From NCBI GenBank assembly GCA_965153355.1, contig OZ231126.1, positions 13,082,001-13,146,000 of the forward strand: DNA of 64,000 nt, written 5' to 3'. Source of the stretch: Flaccisagitta enflata (taxonomy: Eukaryota). A program made the position numbers and the translations under genes. Positions 1-28,699 of this stretch are shown here, piece after piece (positions within the stretch are counted from its first letter, which is position 1; each line of letters starts with the position of its first letter). The notes beneath the pieces were generated by a model. It ran no database searches and was not told the origin of the DNA. It saw only the letters and a program-made list of their open reading frames with translations.

Positions 1-101
1 AATGAGAGAGAGCCTGCCGGGCTCAGAGCTTGCAAAACATGAGAGCCCAAGAGCAGAATAGAGAGCCTCGGGCTCGCGGGCTCGCTCTAAAATCAGGCCT
101 G
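1..101. mobile_element. Possible end of a hAT-like MITE, truncated by the window edge
   Basis: Repeated GAGCCC/GGGCTC subterminal motifs ending in CAGGCCTG. The other end is not visible. Confidence 0.3.
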
Positions 102-690
102 AAAATCATTCACATGTTGCAAATTTCCTTTGCAACAAGGCAAAAACATTAGAACATAATCTGGCTAAAAACATTAAAACATAATCTGGCTAATTAATGA
201 AAGATTGACTAATTTTGCGAGGTCATCTGAAACAGTCACGTGATGATTTTGTTTTTTGTTCCTACAATTTACGTTAGTCCAATGATAATGCAGCCTAAAT
301 CATCAAAATAAAATAACTCGCTTATTTTATAATGAAATTTTTCGGTTTGCCTTTTTTTTTATAGAAATCTCCAGAAACGGATTTGTATGTATATCCATTT
401 TCCCGTGAGTTACGCCTTTTCAAAAGACGCAAGGCATTTTGGCACCATACGCTTTTTAGGTACTTCTTAGAGTATACATTCCTCCATATGTTTATCAGTT
501 AGCTTTTCTGTGGTATTTCTTCAAGTGGGTTTGTATCTGAATGCCTCTTTTCATGTTCATTGTCAAATTCTGCTCGGCGAACAATTAGGACGCATCGTTG
601 CCTCGTCGGCCTTGACAGGCTTCACCCCGCATAAAAAGTTTGGATCCTGGAAGAAGTAAACGAAGTATTGCAGAGACGAATTCTTTCACA

Positions 691-10598
<9,908 letters not shown>

Positions 10599-11499
10599 TA
10601 TAATGTTTGAGCTAACGCTAACGCTAACGCTAGCGCTAACGCAAACGCAAACGCAAACGCTAACGCTTCTTTCATAGAAAGGTGGACAAAAACGGCAAAA
10701 AATGCAATGATTGAGTCTTAAACAAGAAGTGTCTCTAACACCTGTCAAACAATTATTGTCACAGTAATATTTCAAGTTAAACAATGAAAAGCGACCTTGT
10801 GCTCGGCCAAGTAACATGAAATTTAGGCTTTGAGTTGTTACTACAGTAATCAATAAAAAAGCCGCATTACTATATGGCTGTTTATCATATTGAATATGAA
10901 AAAAAAACTTATCAAAATCTTAAACCTATATCATAATGAGTGTCCAAAATTTGATGACTTGATTGACAACTTTGTATATGAGTTCCTCATCATAATTGAA
11001 TCATTTTTAAGTCTTTATAATAATCTTTTAGCTGCAAAGAGATACAAATTGAGCTCCAATTAATCTGATACGTTTTATTTTCAGGACTCCAAATTTCTCG
11101 ATTGATGAAGGCTGCTTATGTCCACACTTTAATGCATTGCATAGGTTGTTAAAGAAATGAAAATAAAGAGCCCATCGGTAATCATCCCAATCCTGCCAAT
11201 GTTGACGATATGCTATCTTAGAAAAGAGTTGATCACATTGTTGAAGGAAGCTTATCTACACGAAACGTTTATGTAGTCATATGACTAGACTGAAAGGAAG
11301 GTAGTTGGTGATATTTTCAGGATCTCTTGTAGTAGTTTTAACACCTTTCCCTTCTTTCACTACTTAGTTCATAAAAAAACGCAATTTTCTTTAGAAGACT
11401 GGAATTTTTGATAATCAAGTTCTTCAAACCTTTGGAAAAGGGCATGGATCATTAGGACTAGTATCCACTATGACCCCCTGGGCTGAAGTAGGTGCCTGG

Positions 11500-12100
11500 G
11501 TCATATTTTAGCAAGGAATCAAAGGATGTTGCCAAAAACACCCTCACAGATGAGCAGCTCTACTCACTGATATGTTTTTTTTTTATTTGCAAGTATGAAT
11601 ATATGTATTCATTTATCGTATTTAAAATCAGAAAGAATAAACTGAGCTAAGTGAGTTAGATGAGCTAAAAAGCTCAAAAACGCCCTCACAGATGAACAGC
11701 TTTGCTCATAAACATGTTTTTTTTTTTTTTTTGTATTTGCGTGCTCAAGTAAACATAAATACACTCCTTTATTGATCCTACACAAAATCATAAAAAATTG
11801 AAAAGAATTCCATTCGAATTTTCGTAAATGAATCTTTAAAAATCATAGCGCAAAAAACATTTGTTGTAGAGCATTCTGCTTGGCGCCAAATGAAACAGAA
11901 TTATCAAATTTACTCATCCTATCAATTTTGTCCAATGGTGCAATCGGTCGGTGGAGATTCCCAACTTTCCCAAAAGAAAATGAAAACCTTGTTTCTCTCG
12001 AATATGTCAAAAGGTCCAAGACTGACTTCAACTTTTTTCCCGATTGTTTCTTGTAGAAAAGCAAAAGCTTGAGCTTGAGGCAAAATTGCGCCATTTTATA
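11500..12100. mobile_element. Degenerate interspersed repeat, likely a DNA transposon relic; related pieces at about 9960-10210 and 42160-43250
   Basis: Shared collinear blocks such as ctcaaaaacaccctcacagatgagcagct, tacactcctttattgat and ttctgcytggcgccaaatgaaa. Confidence 0.6.
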
Positions 12101-12820
12101 CTACCAATGGAATTATCTTCTCTATAGATCTTACCGTAAGGACCACTAAAACATCGCTCACTCCTTACATGGGCTAGCTCACTCACTTCCTTCACTATCT
12201 CGTAGGTGGGTTGAAATTCATGAATGTGATTTTAAGACGCACTGCCTTGTATCACTGATTAGTGAAGACCAGTAAATATCAGTAAAATGCTGAAGGCAAA
12301 GCTGCCCAACTTTTACTGCGTGATAAACTGATCAATAAACTTGTGATCGGCTCGACCCAGTTAATTAGTGCCAGCTGTGGCCCATCTTTAAAATGCAGCC
12401 GGCCTTTGAGTCCATTGGTCGGTCAGATCGTTGGTCTGTCACTTTATTGGTATTTTAATCATTTGGTTCAATCATTTGGTTTAACACTCCACCCACCGAA
12501 TGTACCTTTTTAAAAATCAAGTTACACTAAATACCAACAACTTTAACAATAACAAGTAATAAAGACCGGAGTAATACGAACATTATGAACAGCACATTTA
12601 TTTCAACCTTGTAAATAAAAAGTAACACTGTAACAGAAAAGTACTAAATAGCAAAGTAATCGTTTTATCGCAAATAAGACATGACCTCTGTCTCTCTCAT
12701 GTTCCCACCATTGTTATTCTCTTCCTCTTTGTCTCTCTCTCTCTCTCTGATACAAGCAATTGCTTGCTGCCTTTCAACTTCAAGCGACGACCTTGAGCCT
12801 CTTGACGCCAGCTTGGAACT

Positions 12821-17882
<5,062 letters not shown>

Positions 17883-19255
17883 GTCCTTAAATTTCTTCCT
17901 TTCGAAACTTTTAAAATTTTTGAAATGAGAATGTTGAAAAAGAGTTTTTGAAAGGCCTAAATAAAATTCTCTTATCTTTTTCACGTTGGCGCGTTCTCTT
18001 CCATTTTAGGTGGACTTTGGACCCAATTTTTTTAGGTTACTAAACATTTTGCGACGTTTTTTTTAAAAAGAATAAAAGAAAGGTTACAAAAAGAGGAGGG
18101 GGGATACGAGGCGGTAGACGTGGTTGGATGGTTGGAAACAGTTGTAGAGATGTAGAGTTGTAGAGATGTAGAGATGTACTGAGAGGTTGATTTAATGACG
18201 GCGTCTTCTGGTCTCGTTTTATCGACAACACATGTCTCTCAGGTTGAGAGTCTACATAACGAACAAAATAAATGTCGTCCCCCCGGGAAAAAAATGTAAC
18301 TCAGTTTCTAATTCTGTTTTTTTTTTATTTCAACCTTGAACTTGGTTGCTAATTTTTAACCGTTTGTGGAATATGTTTGAGAACTGGTTTCTCAAGAAAA
18401 ATGTACCGAGACGGGGAGTAGTTACGGGTCAGTGTCACTCTCATGAGAAAAATAAGTCGGGTCATTACTACTGCAACTATGTTGACTATTCTTGGAAGAA
18501 TACACACCTTTCCACACTCCCTTCAAGGGTCAACACTTGACTTGAGATAAATTGTTTATCCTTATCCTTATTATTCGGCAACGACCCAGAGGGGCAGATG
18601 ACCTAAAATTAACACGTAGGCAAAGTTGCTCCTTATTTTTCCTGTTATTGTTTTTCTTCTTTTTTTTATCTCTTCTTCTGCGTCCAACCCATAACCCATC
18701 CCTCTTAGCTGGCTTTACACCTAAATCCCAACTCCCCAACTTCTGCTTTGAGATTGACATTTGACGCTGAGGCCCAATCCAAGTCTCCAGATCTAGTACA
18801 TCTCAGCCTCCAAGCCTAAGTACCGACATTTAGACTCAAACCCTAGCCTCAAGGCCAAGAACCCGAATTTCAAAACCAAATCCAGAGTGGAAAGTGCTAC
18901 ATATTTTGATCTTATGGGTTTGTTGCTCTTCTAAACAAAACCGAGGGCACTGATGACCATCTTATGCTTTAGCGGCAATTCGAAATGGCAGTTTTCATAT
19001 TCTCATTACATGATCTACAATGACCCTCGGAAGCCTGAAACAGAACTTAGTCAAATCATATTTCTGATTTCTTCCCTGGTTTATAAAGTACAACCAACAA
19101 AAATCTGCTACTGATATGGCGTGAGGTGCTTAGGAGCCAAAGTACTATTTCAAGTAGGGCACTAAGCCAGCAGGAACCAGTTTGAATTTCGTTTTTCGCT
19201 TTCCTGCTTCGACTTCCTTTGCCTCTTTCGATACGTTGGTTTTGATGAAAAATTC

Positions 19256-19353
<98 letters not shown>

Positions 19354-19714
19354 CAATTGATTATAGCTTTCTATATTTTCCTCTGATCTTTCTTTCATTC
19401 TTCCTTTCTATCACTTTTTCCTCCAGATACTTTTTTTTCTTTTTGAGCTTTTCCTCTTTTTTTTTCTGTTTTGGTTACGGACGCGCAACAATAAGTATAA
19501 GAGGCTTTGTCCGTCCGTCCGTTTGTTCATCCGTCGACCCGTTGGTTGATCACACTTGAGTTGGAAACGAGCAAAACGCGCAATAAAGAAACTAGTTATA
19601 GTTGTAATTGCATGTGTGTGGGTGTGTGAGTGCGTGCGTGACTCAAGTGGTAGGGGGTTGGGTTGGGGGAGGCTGGGGATTGGATGCCCCTGCCCACGAT
19701 ATTGCGACCCCGCG

Positions 19715-20349
19715 CACTTCTATCTGACAGAGGATTTGAGACAAGAATGATATCACTCTAGATTTTTTGCATTTTTGTGTAGGTCATGGGTATACAAATC
19801 AAGAACTACCCAGTGCTAAATCATCCCTAGAGCGTTTTTTGAAAAAAAGAAGAAAAATTCAAAATTTTCTGCGTCATTTTGCAAAAAGAATTTTGCACAT
19901 TGGTTAAGCTCATTTTTTGAGTGCATATTGTTAATCCTGATGGGATTTCCTTCAATTTGATAGGTCACACTACATGGTTTTGATAATAAATTCAGTTTTC
20001 ATTATTTAGGCCACCATTGTAATTTTCTTTTTTTTTTTTGACGATGGCTTAAACAATGAAAATGATATTTTTTGCAAAATCCTTGAGTGCGACCTATCAA
20101 ATGAAAGGAAATTGCATCAGGCAAATGAATATTCAGTCAAAAAATGAGTCAAAAGAACATGCAAAATTTTTCATGCAAAATAAGCTGAAAGTAAGAAATT
20201 TTCACTTTTTTTCATAAACCGCTTAAGTGATAATTTTCCACTGGATAATTCTTGAATTGTATGCCCATGACTTACTAAAAAAAAAAAATAAATAAAAAAA
20301 ATTAAAAGAAAAATCATTTCTGTCTAAATTCCTCTGTCAGACAGAAGTG
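19715..20349. mobile_element. MITE with CAC...GTG termini and a 4-bp TSD (Chapaev/CMC-like), nested in a family B element
   Basis: TIR cacttctatctgacagagga / tcctctgtcagacagaagtg, long imperfect inverted arms, flanks CGCG / CGCA. Removing it restores the host hairpin gaccccgcgtcacttgtt. Confidence 0.75.
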
Positions 20350-20555
20350 CGCATCACTTGTTCATCTTTGTTTCATTTCTTTGATATTCTTTTCTTTTTT
20401 TCATAATTATTGATATTTTTTCCTCTTCTCTTTTTAGTCGCGAACACGCGACTCTAGAACTTGCCTTGTCGGTTGGTCAGTGTGTCGGTCATGTTACATG
20501 CTCCTACATTTCTGTTTTGGGTCCTCCTCGTCCTTGTCTCTCTTTTTCTCTCTCT

Positions 20556-20649
<94 letters not shown>

Positions 20650-21696
20650 CCATGGCTTTCTCGCCATATTCTCATCATTTTCCTCTCTCCTTCGATTATG
20701 TAAATGAACTTGTTGTTGGTTGTGCGTTGAAGATGTTTGACCACTGATCACTTTATGAACCAACCGTCCGTGAACAAAAAAAAAAAAAAAGAAAAGAAAA
20801 AAGACTACGCTTCTCGGGTCCGTGGATCCAGAATGAGTTCATGGTTCGGTCCAGTTGTTAGATACAACCCACTCGCGCGCGTACCCAGCATTCAGTTATA
20901 TGGCAGAGATATGAAAGCTTTGACTGTAAGAACATTCACATAGCCATCAAATTAAGTATAAGTCAAAAGTCAACAAAATAGGTCATAAGACTGAAAAGCA
21001 GAATCGTAAAATAGTTCTCATGTTCAATATTTGACCAACAAGGCGCGAGAAGCTGTTCTTGGCATTGCTTGAACGCACCCTTTAACAGACACGTCAGCGA
21101 CTGAGCGTGATTAAAGAAAAATCACTCTCCAGAAATGAAGGGGGAAGGGAACTTTAAGAATCTTTGGCTATGAGGGTCAAAGTTACAGCTGGAATCTGAC
21201 CAACTGCCTTAACAATGTTTATAACATGCAAAATATAGAGAGTCTCGGTAAAATGACTACCAAAGAAACTATGTGGAACAGAAAGCGATTTTGTCAAAAG
21301 AGCATCTATCGAGACAAAAGACAAACGCTCAGATTGTTGCTTCTCCATTGGAAGTACCGATTTACTCAAGATTTTAAAAATTCTGGTTGAAAAAAAAATC
21401 ATACCGGTACTATACTTTAACAAGGCCGGATATTTGATATTCAAATTACTCTGCATTTTTTCCGCAATGAAAGGGAAATTTTAAACAGGTACACAGAAAG
21501 ACAAAGAAAGACGATTGGGCAGAGAAGAAAACGAAAAAAAAAATCAGAGGAAAGAGTCTCAGTAAGTATGTTGAAACCACGCCATGAAAGTGTTCTAACA
21601 ATCAGAATGACAGAAAGAACTTTCACAGTTGAGAAACGGCGAAGTTTTAACGCCCATCAATGCTTCTTATTAGAGTGCAGAGGAAACCAGACAACC

Positions 21697-21776
<80 letters not shown>

Positions 21777-21816
21777 TAACAGAGGAAGATAGAAAAAAAA
21801 GTGAGATACACACATA

Positions 21817-21965
21817 AACAAGGCCGGATACACGGCCAAAACCAGTTGCGGACGGGTGGGCAGGGGCGGAAATGCGCGTTTACACACTTTTCCAACTCGA
21901 TCACCACGGACGGACCAACGGACGGACCAACGGACGGACAAAGCCTCCGTGTCCGCAACTAAAAA
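21817..21965 (-). mobile_element. Short HINE-like element, family B
   Basis: aacaaggccggatacacggc...gttgcggacgggtgggcagggg...(GGAC)n...gtccgcaactaaaa. Further copies at about 24486-24638, 24693-24856, 31735-31910 and 35726-35927. Confidence 0.65.
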
Positions 21966-23279
21966 AGACATGAACATAAAATGCTGCATTTGTTGACCTA
22001 GTTTTCCTTTGCTCTAGCTTGCAAATCTTACCAACCCAATCAATATACAGAGAACCACTTTAGGTTTAGCAATGGGCATCCATTTAATAATTCAATAATT
22101 GATTGAGAAAAAAAACGTTTCTCTTTTTTTAGTTTTTAGCAAATCGTAAGTGCAAATTTTTAGCAGATACAGATACAGATACAGATACAGATACATTTAA
22201 TTTGACCCAAATAGTTAGCGCCACAATACAATCACTACAAGTCATCAAAGAATTACGTACAGCTGGAAATAAAGCTAAAAGTATTGCATCAGTTACTATA
22301 TAGATGTGGGTCAGGGCTAGTGAAGAGCTTTGTAGACGGCAATAACTGTGTGAGACGAATCATGCGTGAATGGATACTGCTCGGGGCTCACTCACCCTAG
22401 CAAATAATTTTTTTTTTTAATTCTGTCTGCCCGGCGGTTGGCTTCGCGGGGCTATTACGTCAAAATCAGCCACAGCTCAGACTTTTGAGGACCATGGACC
22501 ATGGACCATGGATCCCAATCAATATCACTAATTACATGGGATGTTTTTGCATTTTCGACTTTTTTCATGTCAGAATGTATATTTAAATGCATACAAGGAA
22601 AATAAGTAAATCTACGCAAATACAACAATATACTTTCAGAGATATTATATGTATGGTGAGTAATTACTATCTTAGAAATAAATATACGGACAGCTGTTTA
22701 TAGTCATAGCGCGCTTAATTTTCATCGTAAAACATTCGTTTTTTTTAGAAATGCGCGTCTTCGAAAGATCTAGCGATCTAGACCAAGCGCAATACTGTAT
22801 CTTTATTCGTTTAGAAATGAGAGCTGAAAGAGTAAAACGTTTGCTTTTCGAATTTGGAAGAAAATGGCGGAAAAACTTTCATCATACCCCTCAGCGCCAT
22901 CTAGATTTGTTTTCTCCGGGATTTTTCTTTTCAATTTCGGTTTTTTTTTACAATGCCTCTGGAAAAACGCATTTCCCTAGATACCAAAGGGGCAATTATC
23001 GCTTTAAGGGGTGAAGGCCTCAGTTTACGCGCAATCGGACATATATATGGGCAACTTCAAAAGAAGTGCTGAAAAGAATTGCGCTTTTGGTTTGGGAGAA
23101 GATCACTCCAAATTACTTGGCGTCACTCTACGATTCAATGCCAAGCCAAATGCAAACAGTGGTCGATGCCCAAGGCGGACATATGAAGTATTAGGCGTTT
23201 TTCAACATGTTTATGTACTTTTCTAGTCAATAAATGAACTTTTTTATCAAGTGTCCGTATATTTATTTCCAAGATAGTA

Positions 23280-23442
23280 TTAATGAAGCAGAAAACATCA
23301 CTTATGGATACACATACATTTATTGATGGAAAATAGTCTGAATTTTCGAACATCGTGAGCAAGCTAAATTGTTCAAGAATTCAGACTATTTTCCATCAAT
23401 AAATGTATGTGTATCCATGAGTCATTTTTTCTGCTTCATTAA
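23280..23442. repeat. Hairpin: about 73-bp inverted arms with a 17-nt loop
   Basis: 23280-23352 is the reverse complement of 23370-23442, with an approximately 40-bp perfect core. Confidence 0.9.
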
Positions 23443-25721
23443 CAATATACATGTAACAGCACCCAATTTCTAGAAAAAAGACAGAACAAAAAAGATCAAA
23501 ACAAAACAAAGAAAAAAAAAGAGAAAAAATAATGGTAACTTTCTGTAAAACTGCCAACAATTTTTGCCGAGGCACTTATTGAAAGGAAGATTATATCATT
23601 CGCCCCCTTATAAAGATTTTTTAATGTCATATTCTTGTTCATGCATGGAATTGAAAATCCATTGACGAAACACAAAGCGATCATAAATCTAATTTGTTTA
23701 TTTTTACCGCATCTCCATAAGAGGCTTTGTCTGTCCGTTAGTCTGTCCGTCGGTCCGTCTTTTGGTCCATCCGTCCGTCCGTGGCGTTTTGATGCTGTTG
23801 ATATCACGTAACTTTCAAACATAACAAGGGATGCGAAAGCGGTTGTCCGCTTCCAATTCGGTGGGTGGGATAGCTACTAGTATTTTAACTACAAAAAAAA
23901 GCAGAAGCAGAAGCGGTATGAAATTCGACCACTACCACGCCCCTATACCCCTGTACCCCTATCCCCCTATACTTAAGTCACAAAAGCGGTTTTTTTTTGA
24001 CAGAATTATTCCGAGCGTCATTCAGAGTTAAAGCTTAACAAACAAAGGACCGAAATCCCGCAGAACACAATTTAGTTACATCCACTCTTCCATCCGTCGC
24101 CTGTGCGTCCCCTTTGGCTATAGGCCTAAAGCCTCAATCCCGGCCTCTAAGGTCAAAAATCAGTCCTCAGTTTTAAGGCCTAAAATCAGCCCTCTGAGGT
24201 CATCAAGTGATGTATGAGTGAAATCTCATAACATGCCGTTTATCTTAACCCAACAGAGTTAGAGAGAAAAGCATAGAATCAAATGGAAAACATACTTGAA
24301 ACTAACAGCAAATAACATAGTGATGGATTTTCTCCTATAAGAAAACAGTTACAACAACCAAACTATTCCCATTTTAAGGTGGCATCCAAGATATCTCAAA
24401 CGCGACCAATCAGGGGGAAACGCTTTTCTCCTTTTTTTTTTTCTTTTTTTGAAGTTGTACCAACTTCAAAAGAGGGCTGTTTCTAAACAAGGCCAGATAC
24501 ACAGCCAATACCAGTCGCGGACCAGTGGGCAGGGGCGGAAATGCGCGTTTTCGCACTTTCTGTACTCGACGACCTCTACGGACCAACCGACCAACCGACG
24601 GACAAAGCCTCTTATAAAGTCGCTAGTCCGCGACTAAACAGTTGAGCTACAGTAGACTCATTGACCTCATTTGGAAGATTTGTCGCCAATCTTAACAAGG
24701 CTGGATGCAGGGCACTCTAGTCGCGGAAGGGTGGGCAGGGAAAAAGGAGCAAAAAATTGCTTACATGTTAAATATGTTACCGACAGACAGACGGACCGAA
24801 CAACCGACCGACCGACATTCAAACCGACACGGTAAGTTGCGTGTCGGCGACTAAAAACGCCAGCAATATGGGGGTCTTTTGCTCAATTCATTCAGAAGCC
24901 ATGAGCTTACAAACATGGATCGGATAAAGATTTTACCCAAATTTGCTTCATTCTTTCTTACGCTAGGACTCCAAGGTTAACAAATAATTCCCCGCGATGA
25001 ATTCTAAAATACTACAGTATGATTCTTCTGACACAAAAGAGAATTGTATTACTCTGCTTTGGTTCGAGAAACTCAAAATAAAACAAAAGCGTCAAATAGA
25101 TCATGGTTTGCAGATTTTTCCTGTTCTTTTAATAAAATTTTCTGTCGATTATTGCCATCATGTGATTACAAACAAAACTAGTGTTTTTGTGAAAAAAAGA
25201 CAGATTTTACAAGCAGAATTTCTTGATCAAATCACCGCAAATGGATATCGTTGCCTAATTTTGATCCTAGAAGTGGTAATACATGGATTAATATGACTTT
25301 TGCCTCCAATTTGATTTAGAAACATACATTGTTCAATTATTTAGAGAAAAAATTGAGATTCGAAGATTTGAAGACTTTTTGAGCTCCGCGAAGAAAAATT
25401 GTTTTCCCTTTTTCTCATGAGGCGTTTGGGGAATTTTGTGCTTTTCTGGAGCTGAATGGGTCTACGCATGAATTAATAGCTAAGAAAGAGCTAATTCCCC
25501 TCTTTCAGATGACGCCAAGCCGAATTCGGTGCGATTGATAGTTCCGGAGCTATGATTTTCTGAGTCTTTTTTATTTTTTTCCCATTTTCCCCTTTTTTTC
25601 CAAAGATCAATATTCTTTACTGATCCTAATTTTGGGCCCTTTGTAACATGAAAAAAGATTCTCTCTCTCTCTGTCTCTCTCTCTCTGTCTCTCTTTCTCT
25701 GTCTCTCTCTTTGTCTCTGTC

Positions 25722-25780
<59 letters not shown>

Positions 25781-25809
25781 GTCTGTCTGTCTCTGTCTGT
25801 CTGTCTCTC

Positions 25810-25912
<103 letters not shown>

Positions 25913-27562
25913 TCTTCTCCTTTTCTCCCAGCAATCACGACGTTTTTCCCACGGCGATTAGCCGCCTTTATTGGTAACATTTTGTCTCAAAAATGGTAGT
26001 CCTTTAAGCACTTTAGAAAAAAATGCATGTTTTGTAATCCTGTAGTAAAAAGTGGTATCTCTACCGCAAGAAAGTAGCAGATTATGAATCTATGATTGAT
26101 TTTCCTTAAGTCCATGAAGGAACCGCACAAATTTATGATGATTGGTTGAAAATGATGTTTGGGCAATTATCCCATCTGATAATTGAAGGAATTGATTAGA
26201 ACGAGGTGAGGGCCAAGTCATAACGAGTAATGCATTGTTCTTTTCAAGTCATAAAATCTGCAACGCATATACTGTTTTTTTTTTCAGAATCAGAATATTT
26301 TTTTTCATTTGAAAGATTTAAGATTTCATTCGTGTCATTTAGAAACAAAACCATACTGCAGTATACTGAAGAGCCGTGTCAGTCAAACAAAAAAATCGGC
26401 ACAAGATTCATTTTACTTATTTAACCTTTACTACCCTTGTTTAAGATGGAAAAATCATATTGTTGTAGCTTACCCGTTTAGGAGCAGCCGTTCTCTCAAA
26501 CTGCTGCGAATTTTAGAAGAGAAGCTATGCCACCTTTGCCACTGTCTTATTTTGAAGGCTTAAGCAAAGGTTAGTAGGCTGAATCTTTAATAGATGGTGG
26601 GTCAGTTGTTAGGTCCTTAGGTTTTTATCATCACAGGCTGATTTCAACTGTACATGACGAGGATTATTGTTTTAGTTTTAGTTTTAGTTTTAGGCAAAAG
26701 CGGCGTTTGTGAAGTTTTTATTTGCTCGAATGTCGCAGGGGATTTGTTTCTTAATAGAATGTTAGCACACGTCTTCCAAACTTTTGAGTCGTTCCTTTAT
26801 AAGTGAGTTCCACAAATTCAAAGGACAGATTCCAACGCTTCGTAAGCATAGACTAGTATCGTTTTGGTAAATGCAATTCAAAGGTTCATCAAGGTAACAT
26901 ATTAGTGAGGGCTCACTAGGCCCTCTTCCATATTTATCAGTTTGGGTATAGTGAGGGATATTGTTCCACTTGTCATTACAAACAATTTGATAATTCTGCA
27001 CAGCTATCAGTGACGCGGTCAGGATCCCCGTTCAAAATATCCTGAAAAAAATGTACCATTCCAATCTTTTAGAATCAGAATATGATATTCATTTAGGTCA
27101 AACTTGAGCTTGAGCCAAAAACTGCTATTTTTGCAATGAATTTTGTGTTTCATTCAGTATTTTTAACATTTTGGTTGTAAAACTGCTGATAGTAACTGAA
27201 CTAATCATATCTTGGAATTGGTCTATTGGTCCCAAAATGGAATTGAAAACCTAAAAAGTGAAAAAAAGACCCAAGAATAGAAAAATCCTTAGAAGTAATC
27301 ATTTAGAACTATTTCTCACAGCAAAATATACATTAGCTATGAATTTCATTGATCCAATATGAGAAACATACATATTACAAGCGATTATGAAAAACCGCTG
27401 TATGCAAATAAGATCTCATTAGCATATTGTGGTTATTCGTTTTTCGCTCATTACATGCATGTTTTTCACAGTAGATCAATGAGATTGATAGTACGTATAG
27501 ATTTTACCTATAAAAATTGATCCATTTGATTGGTTTTGTGGATTTTCTTATTTTTGACTGAC

Positions 27563-28158
27563 TTTTTGGGCAGCGGCCCCGAAGGGGACAAAGTCCTGTA
27601 GAACACAGGGGACTTTCATTCGTTCGTTCGTTCGTTTGTCCGTTTGTTCGTCCCCCCCTCATCCGGCTCTCAGGCCTCATATTTGGCCTCTGAGACCTCA
27701 AATCTGGCCTCTCAGGCCTCAAATCCAGCCTCTCAGGCCTCAAATCCAGCCTCTCATGCCTCAAACCTGGTCTCTCAGGCCTCAAATTGGGCTTCTCAGG
27801 CCTCAAATTGGGCTTCTCAGGCCTCAAATCAGCTATCTAAGCCTCAATTTATTGCTCTCAGGCTCCAAATCAGCCCTCTGACCTTTCAAGCCTGAATCCA
27901 GCTCTCTCAAGCCTCAAGTCAGCCCTCTCAGGCCTCTCAGGCCTTACATTAGCCTTCTTAGACCTCGGTTTAGGCTCTTAAAGGTCTCTATAGCATCTCA
28001 TCTACTTCTTCAGGCAGGACAAACATAAGTCCCCCTGTGTTCTACAGGACTTCGTCCCCTTCGGGGCCGCTGCCCTGCTCCCCCTCACTCCAATTCACAA
28101 TCACTTAAAGCAGGGCAACGGGTATCGCTGACCACATATTGCCCTTGGGCGACCTGTT
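27563..28158 (+). mobile_element. HINE-like element, family A (full copy, shorter internal array)
   Basis: Ends nearly identical to 3735-4565; fewer 21-bp units. Confidence 0.75.
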
Positions 28159-28699
28159 ACATTTTAGGCTTTTAAACCTATTTTTGGACCGTTTAGGCCT
28201 ACCCCGAAATGTTTTAGTTTCCCTCAGATATCAGTTATAACAAGAACTGTGTGTTTTATACTCTAAGATGGGATTTGAGCCCTGAGGTTGGGATTTTGGC
28301 CTCAAGACTGAGATATCGGCCTCAAGGCTGGGATATGGGCCTCAAGGCTGAGATATGGGCCTGGAGGTGGGGGGGGGGAAGAAGAAAAAGAAGAAGGAGG
28401 AGAAAATTCCCCTATGTGAAAGCATAGGTCATCGACCCCTTTGGGACCGCTGTCCAAAAAGTAAAGTGTGATTGACTGACTGACAGACCAACGGATGGAC
28501 AAAGCGGGGTGTGTCAAGTTGATTGCAGGATATATACTCAGCTACCACACCTAAAAAAATGAGGAATGTAAACAAATCCAGAAATGTCACCAACAGATCA
28601 ATTTGTAAATACAGTTGGGCTTCACTAAAGCGCATGTCAAGGCCTAGGGGCTGGGTGAACATATGCCTTATAGTAAAATTACCTTATTGCCAATATACA

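Noticed and set aside
23838-23885. Helitron 3' end (…gatagctactag|t), with similar sequence at about 13888 and 36605
   Set aside because: It is a repeated motif, but no properly placed hairpin or 5' TC end was found, so it was not called.
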